IMG/VR virus record: IMGVR_UViG_3300005512_000299
Coordinates: 1-25,314 of that record
DNA from: a virus
Lineage: Duplodnaviria > Caudoviricetes
Direction: 5' to 3' (one strand)
Length of the DNA stretch: 25,314 nt
This document shows, piece by piece, positions 24,814-25,314 of this stretch (position 1 is the stretch's first letter; each line of letters starts with the position of its first letter). Below the pieces are notes generated by a model. It had not been told where the DNA came from. It saw only the letters and a list, made by a program, of their open reading frames with translations, and did no database searches. The translations under genes and the position numbers were made by a program.

Positions 24814-24998
24814 ACATAAACAACAACGCAGAGCAGCAGGTTAAATAATATGGCACTACCACTCTGGATACAAAACTTAAAGCAGTACCTGACCACGCAG
24901 CAAAAAACTGACGGCGGATATTTTCTGTGCAGAAATATTGATGTGACAATTAAAAATGTGGTGTTGCATGTTCAACCGAAATCCGTTGGTTTAAATAG

Positions 24999-25226
24999 AC
25001 GGTATACTCTCGACAGTACAACGCCGTAATATCTGGAAGAAAGACTGTGAGAATGGCACTGTCAGAAGTAGGGGAATGGATGACCGCAAAAACCAAGGCG
25101 AAGATTCGCGGCCTGAAGTCTCCGCCCAATGCTGCATCGACCATCAAACGGAAAAAAAGTTCGAATCCGCTTATCGATACAGGTCAAATGATTAATTCGA
25201 TTCAACACGTGGAGCATATAAATTGA
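24999..25226 (+). pseudogene. 5'-truncated fragment of a phage neck / virion morphogenesis gene
   Basis: Hand translation ...ALSEVGEWMTAKTKAKIRGLKSPPNAASTIKRKKSSNPLIDTGQMINSI... matches the PNAxSTIxxKxSxxPLIDTG C-terminal motif. An in-frame TAG sits at 24996-24998 upstream. Confidence 0.65.
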
Positions 25227-25314
25227 GTTTGCGAAACAGGACAGCTACTGTTTATAGAAAAGACTCTGAGACCACTAGGGTTTTTGGAAAGGGTGCCGAT
25301 TCTTCAGAAACATC
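25223..25314 (+). CDS. partial gene running off the window (possible head-closure-type protein)
   Basis: TTG start overlapping the previous stop, GGAG upstream; MSLRNRTATVYRKDSETT... Confidence 0.4.
   Translation, partial: MSLRNRTATVYRKDSETTRVFGKGADSSET

Noticed and set aside
1-25314. Stop-codon reassignment or introns/inteins in core genes
   Set aside because: Core genes are intact at normal lengths under the standard bacterial code.

Overview
This window is part of a tailed dsDNA phage genome (Caudoviricetes) with a podovirus-like gene order. From left to right it holds a leftward cluster of small early or regulatory ORFs (118-1520) and a divergent sigma70-type promoter pair. The rightward genes follow: TerS, TerL, small Zn-binding ORFs, portal, a Com-like Zn-ribbon regulator, scaffold, major capsid, adaptor and nozzle, tail fibre, and putative ejection proteins. 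A lysis-type cassette comes next (NlpC/P60, DUF1353, holin-like, OmpA/Pal-like lipoprotein). Near 25 kb the sequence switches abruptly to a fragment of what looks like a different phage head-tail module. The most unusual feature is four genes in the morphogenesis region: two upstream of the portal, one directly after the major capsid gene, and the tail fibre itself. All four carry classical Sec/SPase I signal peptides and are rich in D-(S/T)-(A/I/L/V/M/T), the known sequon of Bacteroidota periplasmic O-glycosylation. By hand count they have about 29 sites in about 1100 aa, against about 5 in about 1500 aa for TerL, portal and capsid combined. My inference is that the phage exports virion-surface proteins so the host glycosylates them. 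No integrase, replication genes, tRNA or CRISPR array were seen. All calls come from motif recognition and synteny; no database searches were run.
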